Source: a bacterium
GTDB lineage: Bacteria > UBA10199 > 2-02-FULL-50-16 > JAJFLM01
Assembly (NCBI GenBank): GCA_965216315.1
Contig: CBDCFN010000015.1
Location: 1-64,000, forward strand
Length of the DNA: 64,000 nucleotides
Reading direction: 5' to 3'
A program made the position numbers and the translations under genes. Below are positions 39,472-49,447 of this stretch, in pieces. The notes below the pieces were generated by a model. That model was not told where the DNA came from. It did no database searches and saw only the letters and a list, made by a program, of their open reading frames with translations. Positions within the stretch are counted from its first letter, which is position 1; each line of letters starts with the position of its first letter.

Positions 39472-40305
39472 CTAAGACTCCTGCTTCGGCTGATTGCTTG
39501 TAACCGTAATAAGGCTATCCCACACCGCTGTCATTCCGACCCAGCACAGCTCACCGAGTGATAAAGCAACATGGACCGGACTATGGGACTCGGTACTCAT
39601 CTGTGCTTCCAAGCGGCGAAAAGTGCGATAACGCAAGACTCCTAAAAAACGTCCGCCGTCATCCGTCACCGGAAGGGCGTGATAGTCACGCCAACCCGGG
39701 TGGACCACAATGCTCTCTAAGGACGCATCAGCCACTAAATGCGCGGTGGGTGGATTCATGAGCGATGAAAGTCGGGCTTCATCATCCACACCAATTAATT
39801 CCTGATAACCAAGCACACCCACTAATTTCTTAGCGTCATCAATCACGTACAAATACGAAACTGTTTGTTGCGCTGCCCGTTGAATCTGCTCAAGGCAAAC
39901 GGATACGCGCATGTCATGCGGCCAGGCCACGACTTGCGGATCCATCAGAGCTCCGGCACTCTGACGTGGATATTCAAGCAATAGCCGTATGGCCTCCGCT
40001 GTTTTTGAGGCCGATAGCTTCAGTAATTTGTTTCTTTCGTCAGGAGGTAATGACCTTAATAAAATAGCCGCCGTGTCAAGCGGAAGAATAGACAAAATCT
40101 GCTGAACCGACTCGGGCTTTAATTTTGACAAGCATAATCCCGCCGTCGCCGTTATCATTTGACTCAATACTGCCGCGGCTGCCGGAGCCGTTAATCCTTG
40201 GAAATACTCAATGCTCTCCGGCAAAGAGAGCTCCTCTAAAATTCGCGCGGCTTCTTTGGGATGAGTGGCGACATAGGCATCCGCCAAGTCGCTCGCACAT
40301 TTCAT
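39472..40305 (-). CDS. MgtE N-terminal/CBS-domain protein lacking the transporter core
   Basis: YP..SAG.LM, CBS pair; no MgtE membrane domain. Confidence 0.8.
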   Translation of the reverse strand: MKCASDLADAYVATHPKEAARILEELSLPESIEYFQGLTAPAAAAVLSQMITATAGLCLSKLKPESVQQILSILPLDTAAILLRSLPPDERNKLLKLSASKTAEAIRLLLEYPRQSAGALMDPQVVAWPHDMRVSVCLEQIQRAAQQTVSYLYVIDDAKKLVGVLGYQELIGVDDEARLSSLMNPPTAHLVADASLESIVVHPGWRDYHALPVTDDGGRFLGVLRYRTFRRLEAQMSTESHSPVHVALSLGELCWVGMTAVWDSLITVTSNQPKQES

Positions 40306-40306
40306 G

Positions 40307-41134
40307 TCAGGACTCCTCTTTCAGAATAAGAGTCATTTCCTGGCTAAAACGATGTGCCGGAATATACATGCGACCTTCATTTGTTTCTACGCAGACGGAA
40401 GTAAGCGTCAATTCGATAATGCGCCCCTGTATCTCCCCGACACGCACCGTCTGACCGAGACTGTAATTTTTTGTCACATAATGCGAAGCAATGATGTCGC
40501 GCACGGCCGTTTTGGCCCCTAAAGCAAATGCGAGAGCTATGCCACCACTAATGGCAGACGCAATAATCGCAATAATAATGATCAGTAAATTGATATCGAT
40601 GCCGAGTTGATCGATAGCAATCAGAACGCTCGTAATGATAATGGAAAGGCGCCCTAATTGTCCGATCAGCTCACCGTGAGCAACTTCAGAAGATTTTGTG
40701 AAACGGGTGACCACCGCCCTAATGATATTGCCTGTAAAGAGCCCCAGAAAAATGATAAGCAGCGCGGCAAGAATATTTGGCATGTATTTGGCGATCGACT
40801 TAAGCCAACCTGAAATAACGGGTTGACCTAAGTGCTCTAATGAAACCGCCAAGAAAAATAACAGGACCAACCAGAAAACAATTCGACTAACAATTTGGAT
40901 GACATGCGTACTGACACCCGTTTCCGTCAGTCCACGCGCCCGCGCCCGCCGCCGTACCAGATGATTAAGACCTTTTAGGAATCCGCGAATCCAAGCACGC
41001 AGAATAAATGCGACGATAAGACCGAATAACAACAAGATAAGCGCGCCCAGCAGGTTAGGTAATATCGCGGTAAGATTATCCTTCAACTGCTGAAAAGCTT
41101 GACTAAGCGGCTCGAGCCAGCTGGAAGAAAACAC
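40307..41134 (-). CDS. TM-helix/MscS-like (CmpX-type) membrane protein
   Basis: P.L.GAL repeats, ALAFALG, G..V..G...G.I. Confidence 0.8.
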   Translation of the reverse strand: MFSSSWLEPLSQAFQQLKDNLTAILPNLLGALILLLFGLIVAFILRAWIRGFLKGLNHLVRRRARARGLTETGVSTHVIQIVSRIVFWLVLLFFLAVSLEHLGQPVISGWLKSIAKYMPNILAALLIIFLGLFTGNIIRAVVTRFTKSSEVAHGELIGQLGRLSIIITSVLIAIDQLGIDINLLIIIIAIIASAISGGIALAFALGAKTAVRDIIASHYVTKNYSLGQTVRVGEIQGRIIELTLTSVCVETNEGRMYIPAHRFSQEMTLILKEES

Positions 41135-41341
41135 GTCAGTGCTATAACAAATACGCTTTGGGAGGTCTAGAAATGTTCTTGACTACGCCATGATTACAAA
41201 CATGGCTGTTAAATGACTAAGCGCCGGCCCACATGACCCTCAGTTACCTTTTTATTTCAATAAGTTATGCATCATCACCCCTTAAGAACCCGCAGAATCT
41301 TAGTTTTTGGTTGTCGCCGCATTCTATGCTACAATTCTTGT

Positions 41342-41515
41342 ATGGCTATTCGTAGAGATGATAAGAAAATCAAGCGTCCGCCGGCAGCCGGAGGGGCGGC
41401 AAACGCCCTGAAAAAATTTGAATCCAAGTTGTTGCGTAAAAAGTTATCGAAAAATACGCACCTGAAGTTAAGCCCCAATCCTCGGAAACTGTTTAGCTTC
41501 AACGCAAAGTTTTAG
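41342..41515 (+). CDS. Small basic peptide (57 aa) abutting the ABC exporter
   Basis: ATG 41342; stop ends one base before the ABC start; Lys/Arg-rich. Confidence 0.45.
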   Translation: MAIRRDDKKIKRPPAAGGAANALKKFESKLLRKKLSKNTHLKLSPNPRKLFSFNAKF

Positions 41516-43678
41516 ATGTCCGTCGCAACATTCGACCTTCTCAAGGGACATTATCGCTATTTCTCCAAGGAACGTCTACGCGTTTTCGGGCTCCTCATTC
41601 TAGACAGTCTTAGTGCGGGGCTTGAAATGATTCCGCCGCTGTTTTCCATTCTCGTCTTTGATTATGCCTTTCCTCAGAAAAGTTTAAATTGGCTACTCAT
41701 CGCCTTAGGCGGGGGGTTTCTCGCCTACCTCTTACACTTTGCGTTCTCGTCTTGGGGCGATTACCTCAATGAAAAACTCGACAACCAAATGAACACGACA
41801 CTTTCAACGCGTTTGTTTCAACGAATCGCCAACTCACCGCTGCGTCGTTGTCAAAACCTCAAGACGGGTGACATGACTGTCCGTCTCGTTGAAGACACGG
41901 ACATTATTACGGGGCTTCTGTTAAATCTTCCGTCCCACTTACTCATCGCTGTCGTCCAACTCATTATCTTTTTCACGATTGCGATGATCCTGGATCCTTG
42001 GGTCACAATTCTAGGCATTATTGCGGTTCCTCTCTATATTATAGAAACCCACTACTACTCGCATCGGCTTGAAGCCGTCCAAGAAGACCTTCAATACAGT
42101 GATGACAACCTTCACCAAGGTCTCCAGGAAAAACTGGGCAACGTCCGTACGATCAAAGCTTTTAATCAACAAATGTCAGAACGTGGCCGCGTCAAAGAAC
42201 TCTTTCAAAAACGAGCCCGCTTATCGATACGCTATAAGCTCTTAAGCCTTTATCAACATTTCGCCAATTCATTGACGTTGCAAATTTGGACCGTCGTCGT
42301 AACGGGCTACTTAGGCTTTGAGGTCATCCGCGGCGTCCTCACGATTGGTGAAATGATCAGCCTCGGTATTTATCTACCACTCATCCAAGAACCGATCAGT
42401 GAACTTGCTCACCTCTGGACACAAACAAAAATTGGCTCCGTCTCGCTACGACGCGTTAATGAACTTGAAAAACTGCCACAGGAAGAAATCAGTTCCGAGG
42501 TCGTTTCCGCGGTGGAGCCGCTCAAAGGAGACATTACCTTCAAGAATGTCAGTTTTGCGTATTCTGAACAAAGGCCCATCCTCGAAAATCTTGATATGAG
42601 AATTCCCGAAAATCAGATGACCGCCATCGTCGGGCCAAGTGGGATCGGCAAATCAACGCTGGCACACCTACTCTTAAATATGTATCAGCCTGATTCCGGT
42701 GAAATATACTATGGAGACAAGTCCATCCACGATGTTGAGGTTCATGATCTCCGCCAACAGGTGAGTGTCGTGTTTCAAGAAGCAGCTATTTTTGCAGGGA
42801 CGATACGTGACAATATCCGCTACAGTCACCCGCAGGCCTCCGAACAAGACATTATCGAGGCCGCCCGGCAGGCCAATGCACACAATTTCATTACGGAGCT
42901 ATTTCAAGGCTATGACACGGTATTGTTGCCCTGGGGCAAAAACCTCTCTGTCGGCCAGCGTCAGCGGATTGCATTGGCGCGCGCCCTTCTCTTGCGCCCC
43001 AAAGCCCTTATCCTCGACGAAGTGACATCCTCGCTCGATGCAGAGGCCGAATTTCAGATTGGTGAGGCCTTGGAAAGATTGCGAAATGAGATTACTATAG
43101 TGCTGATTACGCACCAGCTATCGTCCGCAAAAAAGGCCAATCAAATTTTCTTTCTTGATTCCGGACATATTGTCGAGCAAGGAACTTTTCAGGAACTCAT
43201 GCAGGCCAAGGGACGATTTTTTGATCTGTACAATATTCAGACCGGTGGATTCCAGGAATTCAGACGTCGCCTGGAGATAGAAATCGAACGGCACGTCCGT
43301 TATAGTGAACCTCTCGCCCTTGCTGTCATTGAACCGGCTCATTTTTATAAATGGGAAGAAAGTGAGCCTCCGGAACTGCTCCCCCAACTCATGGAGTCTA
43401 TTACCCAAGAGATTCGGCGCCACCTGAGGGTAATGGATTTTGCTTCTATCTTTACCGAAAAGCGTATCGCAATTGCCCTACCGCAAACCGATGTGGAAAG
43501 CGCTATTACCGCCGTAAGCCGGCTCGTCCTTTCGTTGGAGAAAACCTCCTATCTCATCAATAAGCGTTCTTTTGAAACGCCTTTTTTATTTGGAGTGGCC
43601 GCCTGCAGTGCCGATGAGTGGACCTATAGTGAGCACCTCTTTCTCCAAGCCGAAGAAAACTTAGGAGAAAAAAAATAG
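41516..43678 (+). CDS. ABC exporter (TMD+NBD) fused to a degenerate GGDEF domain
   Basis: GPSGIGKS, LSVGQRQR, LILDE, ITH; C-terminal F...LE.E.ER..RY..PL.L...LRVMD...IALPQTD..FGVA. Confidence 0.85.
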   Translation: MSVATFDLLKGHYRYFSKERLRVFGLLILDSLSAGLEMIPPLFSILVFDYAFPQKSLNWLLIALGGGFLAYLLHFAFSSWGDYLNEKLDNQMNTTLSTRLFQRIANSPLRRCQNLKTGDMTVRLVEDTDIITGLLLNLPSHLLIAVVQLIIFFTIAMILDPWVTILGIIAVPLYIIETHYYSHRLEAVQEDLQYSDDNLHQGLQEKLGNVRTIKAFNQQMSERGRVKELFQKRARLSIRYKLLSLYQHFANSLTLQIWTVVVTGYLGFEVIRGVLTIGEMISLGIYLPLIQEPISELAHLWTQTKIGSVSLRRVNELEKLPQEEISSEVVSAVEPLKGDITFKNVSFAYSEQRPILENLDMRIPENQMTAIVGPSGIGKSTLAHLLLNMYQPDSGEIYYGDKSIHDVEVHDLRQQVSVVFQEAAIFAGTIRDNIRYSHPQASEQDIIEAARQANAHNFITELFQGYDTVLLPWGKNLSVGQRQRIALARALLLRPKALILDEVTSSLDAEAEFQIGEALERLRNEITIVLITHQLSSAKKANQIFFLDSGHIVEQGTFQELMQAKGRFFDLYNIQTGGFQEFRRRLEIEIERHVRYSEPLALAVIEPAHFYKWEESEPPELLPQLMESITQEIRRHLRVMDFASIFTEKRIAIALPQTDVESAITAVSRLVLSLEKTSYLINKRSFETPFLFGVAACSADEWTYSEHLFLQAEENLGEKK

Positions 43679-43680
43679 CC

Positions 43681-43720
43681 AGCCCCATGGGATAGTGGCT
43701 TCGTTTATCCCACGGGGCTT
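43681..43720. terminator. Hairpin between convergent genes
   Basis: AGCCCCATGGGATA...TATCCCACGGGGCT. Confidence 0.65.
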
Positions 43721-43735
43721 AGCGGTGACCTTCGC

Positions 43736-44782
43736 TTAGTTGAGTAGTTTCAGTTCCGAAGGGATCGTAAACGTGAGGTTGTATTTGGTTTCCAGCTGAT
43801 TGCCGGCCACATCCCGTGCCGCCCGTTCTTGAATTCCACTACCGGTATTTCCTCCATTTGAAAACTTGAGCCCGAGTACATTCAAGGTATAGGTCGTCCC
43901 AGGCTTAAGCGGATCCTTTACCGCAAAGAAAATACGCTTGGGATACTTTTCGCCGTTATTCCAAACGCCGATCGTTGCCGCGATAGGAAAGGGCCACGGC
44001 ACAGCATGTAGCTGAATCGATTTCTCACGTTGGATAAAATCGAGGTCCATCGGCTCGCTGAATTCCACCGCAAAAAGCCGGTAATCGGGGGTATGATCCA
44101 CCTTCACGACTTTCGGCGCGCTGTTATCAATGGCCTTTACCGTAAAGACAAAATCATCTTTCATCTGCTGGCTACGGTCCATATTCTCGGTCCCTGCCAG
44201 GACTCGGATTTCATACTGACAATCGTGTCGGCGTGGAGACACGTTAAACCACACGAAAGACCCCAGGCCAAGGTAGCGATCCAGGGAATCGATGCTCACT
44301 TGATGCGAACAATCAAGCGCCTTAACTTGGATCTGTCCTTCGAGCGCCCTCACGTCGACGTGCTCTGAGAACTTGAGAATGACTCGATCGGATACCCAAC
44401 TTTCACTCACTTTTGGGTAGTCTCTCTCAACACTAAACGGTTTGACTTCTTCAATATCGGCCGGCTCCTCCGTCTCTTCTTCAAGCGTATGTTCTTCAGC
44501 AATGGGCCGTTCCGACTGCTTCTCTTTTTCAAGTTCCTCAGCAAGCGCCTTCTTTTCTTCTTCCAGCACCTTGAGTTCCTCTTCCATTTTTTTGATTTTT
44601 TCCAGAGTACTTTCGTCAAACTGACTTCCGGAATCAGAAGTCGGATCTTCGATAGGGATCTCTGAAACAATATCTGGAGATTCAGGAATTGTCTGATCGA
44701 TTGAACCACCCTGTTCACAGCCAAAACTGACTAAAGCCATCGCGAACAGTGCGGTTAAAGAAATGATACGTTGCTTAAACAT
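43736..44782 (-). CDS. Lipoprotein with coiled coil and Ig-like (SbsA/Big_5) domains
   Basis: Lipobox SFGC; FSE.MD, L.PGT.Y.L, D.AGN.L motifs; AAGGAGG RBS. Confidence 0.75.
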   Translation of the reverse strand: MFKQRIISLTALFAMALVSFGCEQGGSIDQTIPESPDIVSEIPIEDPTSDSGSQFDESTLEKIKKMEEELKVLEEEKKALAEELEKEKQSERPIAEEHTLEEETEEPADIEEVKPFSVERDYPKVSESWVSDRVILKFSEHVDVRALEGQIQVKALDCSHQVSIDSLDRYLGLGSFVWFNVSPRRHDCQYEIRVLAGTENMDRSQQMKDDFVFTVKAIDNSAPKVVKVDHTPDYRLFAVEFSEPMDLDFIQREKSIQLHAVPWPFPIAATIGVWNNGEKYPKRIFFAVKDPLKPGTTYTLNVLGLKFSNGGNTGSGIQERAARDVAGNQLETKYNLTFTIPSELKLLN

Positions 44783-44952
44783 GGTCCGTGCCTCCTTCCC
44801 ACCAAGGGGATACAAATGACTCTATATAGGCGCGAGAAATCACTCGCGCTAAAACTGTGGGGGGCTACACAGAACAGTTTAGATTAGCTTATGGGGAGTT
44901 ATCGGAGGCGCCGCGCCAACAAGTTGCGTGTTCAGTTAAATTGCAACATTTT

Positions 44953-45708
44953 TTATTTAAGCACGATGCCGACGGGACAGTGGTCGGAACCCATGATCTG
45001 CGGATAAATCGCAGCCTCTTTTAGACGCGGACGCAAGGCCCGTGAAATACAAAAATAATCAATTCTCCACCCGACATTCCGTTCACGGGCCCGCATACGA
45101 TAGGACCACCAGGTATAGTTATCCGGTTCTTTATTAAACTCGCGGAAACTATCTAAAAACCCCGCCTTAACAAGTTTGTCAAAGCCGGCCCGCTCTTCAT
45201 CGGTAAAACCGGCATTAAAATGATTGTTGGCAGGGCGCGCCAAATCAATCTCCTGGTGGGCAACATTCAGGTCCCCACAGACAATAACCGGTTTGGTTTT
45301 ATCCAGTTTCTTGAGATATTTCAGAAAGGCTTTATCCCAGTCCTGTCGATAGGCAAGCCGCTTGAGGCCTTCTCCCGAATTGGGAGTATAAACATTGACC
45401 AGGAAAAATTTTGGGAACTCAAGGCGAATAACCCTTCCCTCCGTATCGTGTTTGGCAACACCAATACCGTAACTGACGTCTTTTGGTTTGACGCGTGAGA
45501 AAACCGCCGTACCTGAATAGCCCTTTTTCTCCGCCGCATTCCAAAAATGATGCGGATAGTCTGCAAAGATCTCATCGACTTGATCTGGGTGCGCCTTGGT
45601 CTCTTGGAGACAGAGGACATCCGGATCCAACCCGCGCACATCCTCCAAAAAATGATCTTTTTTGAGCATGGCGCGGATGCCGTTCACATTCCAGGAGATT
45701 AACTTCAT
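44953..45708 (-). CDS. xth: Exodeoxyribonuclease III
   Basis: SWNVNG, LQETK, GD.NVAH, GWRIDY, SDHCP. Confidence 0.95.
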   Translation of the reverse strand: MKLISWNVNGIRAMLKKDHFLEDVRGLDPDVLCLQETKAHPDQVDEIFADYPHHFWNAAEKKGYSGTAVFSRVKPKDVSYGIGVAKHDTEGRVIRLEFPKFFLVNVYTPNSGEGLKRLAYRQDWDKAFLKYLKKLDKTKPVIVCGDLNVAHQEIDLARPANNHFNAGFTDEERAGFDKLVKAGFLDSFREFNKEPDNYTWWSYRMRARERNVGWRIDYFCISRALRPRLKEAAIYPQIMGSDHCPVGIVLK

Positions 45709-45751
45709 GGGAGGGGTTATGACTCAAGGCCTCACACAGGTCAATCAACGA

Positions 45752-48013
45752 TCACCCACTATTTTTGGACTTGTACTCGTCGATCAAGAGACGCAGTTTG
45801 CCGGCAAGATCATCGATTCTCCAAGGCTTGACTAGAAATCCCGTCTGCTTATCCTCGGCCAAGGTAAAGTTGGAATCACCTGTCTGAAGAATCACGGGCA
45901 GGGTGGGGTGCATTTCTCGAAGAGTCCTGATTAAGGCATCACCACTCAGACGTGGCATCGTCCGATCCGTAATGACAGCAGCTAAATCCTGTCCCCGCTG
46001 CTCAATGATTTCAAGTGCTTCCTGCCCATCTTTTGCAAGCAGCACTTCGGTATATTTATACTCTTTTAAGGCCATTTCTATGCCCATCCGATTAATCGCA
46101 TCATCATCGACAACCAGCACGCTTTCCTTTCCCGGACTATCGAATACAAACGAAGCCTCTCCCATTATCGGTAAATAGATATCAAAACGGACCCCGCGGT
46201 CCGGTAGATTATGAGCCTCAACGAAACCATTGCGATCTGCAACTATTTGAGCAACCGTATGCAAACCGACTCCCCGCCCGACTTTCCCTTTCTTGGTCGA
46301 GTTATTTTTTTCAAAAATACTGTGGAGCATATGGTCAGGTATATGCGGTCCGTTGTTGGCAATACTCAAGCGCATGTAAGGTCCCGGTTTCACGGTATGC
46401 GGTAAATAACGGCCTTGACGCAATTGTCTCGTTGTCAACCAAACGTTATTCGTTTGAACATTAATGGTGCGGTCAGCAAGAGACATTTCCGCCATCGCCT
46501 CGACCGCATTGTTTAATAGAACACTGATAATTTGCGTGATGGGAAAGCGGGGCCCCTCCACCGACAAACGTGCCGCCGCAAAGCGCACTTTCAATTGTGC
46601 TTCGCGACCAAACAGCATGCTTAAGCGTCTGGGATTAAAGAGCGGATAGGGATCAATCGGCCCCCGCACGACTGTATCCGAGGCCCCCCTAAAATAATTG
46701 ATCGCCTCTTTCATTTCGTCCATGATTTCCATGACGAGTTCGATTGCACTGCGCGACTTTCCATAGAGACTATTGCCTCGCAACATGAGGCCCAAATAGC
46801 CCATCACTCCGGTTAGTTGATTGTTCAAATCATGGGCAATTCCACCCGCCAGCCGCCGTCGCACGGCATCTTCAGTCCTTTGCACCCGTTGCGCGGTTAA
46901 TTCATAGACAACAATTGCATACGTTTTACCGTTAATGGTACTGGCGCGGGCACTAATATCAATATGCGTTTCTGTTCCATCGGCCCGTTTCATCGGTGCA
47001 TCGAGCCATTCCAACTCGCCGGTATTCAAAAATAACTTAATATGTTGCTGCAATTCATGGTGATGCTTCTCATCGATGACATCAAGCACGCCTATCTCGC
47101 GCATACCATCGCCATCTGTAGGATAGCCCAGCATCTTGGCAAAAGCGGAACTACTTAGCACTCGCTCGGTACTTCCGTCTTTGTGCACCTCGATAACACT
47201 CAACGGAATACCTGAAATTCTAAACATCGTCTCAAGATCTTGAGTCAGTTGTTGCGCTAAAACCCGCTGGGTCACGTTAATTAATTCATAGTAAATGTAG
47301 GGACTTCTCTCTATCCTGCCAACTTCAACATCGACCCACATGTAATACTCATGTCCGTATTTAATCTTGACCGGAGCACTTTCATTTACTTTGAGACGAA
47401 CTCCTTTGAGAAAACCTTTTCCTGTCGAAACAACGCTCTGAATCAATTCACCGAATTTCAGCACATCGTCGGGATGATAGTTGTCCGCAAAATTTATTGT
47501 CAGGAGATGCGTCCGTGAAAAACCGGACACAGTTTCATTCGCCGTATTTAATAAGAGAAGGTTCAAACCTCCTCCGTCCATCTTAATAATACCAGCCGGA
47601 TTCGTGAAAGATTCAATCATGCCATTATAATGAACGAGTGCCGGATCTTCGCCGACCAAAGACAAACCGGCCGGCAGATAGTCAGGCGATAGCGGAGATA
47701 ATTGTCGCTCGGCCCAAGTTAACTTCTGGTTCAATATCGGATCAAGATCTGGCTTGATGCTGCGAAGTTCATGAATGCAATCCAGTAATGCTCGAGATAC
47801 TTCAATACGTTCTACGGACTCGGCATGTGAGCGGACTTGAAGGGCTTGGATGGGGGCAATGATGCGTTGGAGTTCAAGGCTCTCTATTTGGGTAAGGCGG
47901 GGAGCCATAAAATCGGCCAGCACATGCTGCGGCGCGACATTCGCCTGAAGACCCGCCGTAGACGATACGACTGTCCCGACCAATTGTGAAAACTGCAACG
48001 CGTAAGTCACCAT
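45752..48013 (-). CDS. Hybrid PAS-histidine kinase-receiver with an orphan N-terminal extension
   Basis: Two PAS-like segments, AHDLNN H-box, NNAVEAM N-box, GRGVGL, REC with D..MP and KP. Confidence 0.85.
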   Translation of the reverse strand: MVTYALQFSQLVGTVVSSTAGLQANVAPQHVLADFMAPRLTQIESLELQRIIAPIQALQVRSHAESVERIEVSRALLDCIHELRSIKPDLDPILNQKLTWAERQLSPLSPDYLPAGLSLVGEDPALVHYNGMIESFTNPAGIIKMDGGGLNLLLLNTANETVSGFSRTHLLTINFADNYHPDDVLKFGELIQSVVSTGKGFLKGVRLKVNESAPVKIKYGHEYYMWVDVEVGRIERSPYIYYELINVTQRVLAQQLTQDLETMFRISGIPLSVIEVHKDGSTERVLSSSAFAKMLGYPTDGDGMREIGVLDVIDEKHHHELQQHIKLFLNTGELEWLDAPMKRADGTETHIDISARASTINGKTYAIVVYELTAQRVQRTEDAVRRRLAGGIAHDLNNQLTGVMGYLGLMLRGNSLYGKSRSAIELVMEIMDEMKEAINYFRGASDTVVRGPIDPYPLFNPRRLSMLFGREAQLKVRFAAARLSVEGPRFPITQIISVLLNNAVEAMAEMSLADRTINVQTNNVWLTTRQLRQGRYLPHTVKPGPYMRLSIANNGPHIPDHMLHSIFEKNNSTKKGKVGRGVGLHTVAQIVADRNGFVEAHNLPDRGVRFDIYLPIMGEASFVFDSPGKESVLVVDDDAINRMGIEMALKEYKYTEVLLAKDGQEALEIIEQRGQDLAAVITDRTMPRLSGDALIRTLREMHPTLPVILQTGDSNFTLAEDKQTGFLVKPWRIDDLAGKLRLLIDEYKSKNSG

Positions 48014-48034
48014 ACCAGTAGCCCTGTGATGGGG

Positions 48035-48063
48035 TTCATCGCCACTTAGCGCGTAATGTTGTG
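48035..48063 (-). promoter_or_regulatory. CAAC-N16-CGAT promoter motif
   Basis: ACAAC-attacgcgctaagtgg-CGATGAA on the minus strand. Confidence 0.65.
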
Positions 48064-48076
48064 TAAAAAAGGTGGG

Positions 48077-48886
48077 TTATCCGGCGTAAGCCTGGCGAAG
48101 AATCATCATCAAGCGCAGATGCTGGGCTATTTCCCTTCCAAGAATGGGCTTCATCACCCTCCAGGTCTGATGATCTTCCGGAACAATATTTTCTTCCCGG
48201 CCAGTAATAACCAGGATAGGGAGATCCGGGCGCCGTTGGCGAAGCTCCCTGACTAATTCATCGCCACTCATAAGTGGCATATTGAAGTCGGTAATAATGG
48301 CCGTTAAGCGATCTAAGTTTGATTCGGCCAACTGTAATCCTTCTTGACCATTCGACGCTGTCATAATTTCCTCAAACTTAAAGGGACTCATGCCTCGGAT
48401 AATAGCCCGATGAAGTATGGCCATGTCATCGACATACATGAGAACTTCGCCACCGGGACTCTGCGGATCGACAACCTTGACGACGGATTCCGCTAAGTGG
48501 CTTGTCATCTTGAAGTGAATCCCGGCATCCCATAAGAGTCGAATCGATTCTTTGATGGCCGTCGCCCCCGCCTCACCGTAGTCTTCCGCAAAAGATGATC
48601 CTTGAAAGACAGTAAGAACACTGCACAGCACGTTGATAACCGACGACTCGATAGCCAGCTTCGCTTCCAACAACCGAACCTGGGCTACTGGCTTAGCAAA
48701 AAGTTGAAGCAGGGACCCGACATCATTGCGAAGTGGCTCCTCCAGTTGAGACAACCCTAGAGCCGATTGAAATTGATGCACGGCCGGAGCGATATTCTTC
48801 TGAGAGATTGGTGGTACTTGCAAGGCGGCCGCAGCCGTATTGAGGCCGAGGGCGACCTGTTGAAAAAGCGTAGCATTGACCGTCAT
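48077..48886 (-). CDS. Receiver-domain protein with an orphan N-terminal extension
   Basis: VDD, ITDFNMP..SG, ITG, KP; start ATG 48886 (longer ORF overlaps tadA). Confidence 0.8.
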   Translation of the reverse strand: MTVNATLFQQVALGLNTAAAALQVPPISQKNIAPAVHQFQSALGLSQLEEPLRNDVGSLLQLFAKPVAQVRLLEAKLAIESSVINVLCSVLTVFQGSSFAEDYGEAGATAIKESIRLLWDAGIHFKMTSHLAESVVKVVDPQSPGGEVLMYVDDMAILHRAIIRGMSPFKFEEIMTASNGQEGLQLAESNLDRLTAIITDFNMPLMSGDELVRELRQRRPDLPILVITGREENIVPEDHQTWRVMKPILGREIAQHLRLMMILRQAYAG

Positions 48887-48893
48887 GCCCTCC

Positions 48894-48921
48894 CTTCTCG
48901 CCCTTGAGCCCCAATAGTTGC
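48894..48921 (-). promoter_or_regulatory. CAAC-N16-CGAG promoter motif
   Basis: GCAAC-tattggggctcaaggg-CGAGAAG; ATG 10 nt after CGAG. Confidence 0.6.
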
Positions 48922-48994
48922 CTAAAAATTTATCCAACCTAACCGGGATCGCTTGGGCCTTGTGAGATCCGCAACGGGCCGCTATAAGGCCGAG

Positions 48995-49447
48995 ATGATG
49001 CCTAATCATGAGTATTACATGCGCATGGCCCTCCAGGAAGCCGCTCAAGCCGCTCGGGAGGAAGAGGTCCCCGTCGGGGCGCTCGGCGTCTATCACGAAG
49101 AAATCATTGCCCAGGCCCACAATGTCCGGGAACGCGACCAGGACCCCCTTGCCCACGCTGAAATCGCCGTCATCAGCCAGGCCGCAAAGCAGTTGAACAG
49201 CTGGCGCCTCGAGGAACTCATCGTCTACGTCACGCTCGAACCCTGCCCGATGTGCATGGGAGCCCTGCTCCAGGCGCGGGTCCCCAAACTAGTTTATGGG
49301 GCGATGGATCCCAAGGCCGGAGCCTGCGGGTCTTTATATGATTTGTCTAATGACGACCGGCTCAACCACCGCATCGACGTGACGCGCGGTGTTTTAGCGG
49401 AAGAATGTGGTCAGGTCTTGAAAGATTTTTTTCGGAGTAAGCGATAA
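48995..49447 (+). CDS. tadA: tRNA adenosine(34) deaminase
   Basis: EVPVGA, HAE, TLEPCPMC, D.K.GA.GS, LNH, L..FF. Confidence 0.95.
   Translation: MMPNHEYYMRMALQEAAQAAREEEVPVGALGVYHEEIIAQAHNVRERDQDPLAHAEIAVISQAAKQLNSWRLEELIVYVTLEPCPMCMGALLQARVPKLVYGAMDPKAGACGSLYDLSNDDRLNHRIDVTRGVLAEECGQVLKDFFRSKR

Noticed and set aside
39472..40305. mgtE pseudogene fragment
   Set aside because: The ORF is intact and tightly packed in the operon, so it is more likely a stand-alone CBS partner.
48887..49156. Longer 359-aa version of the receiver protein
   Set aside because: The extension is antisense to tadA.
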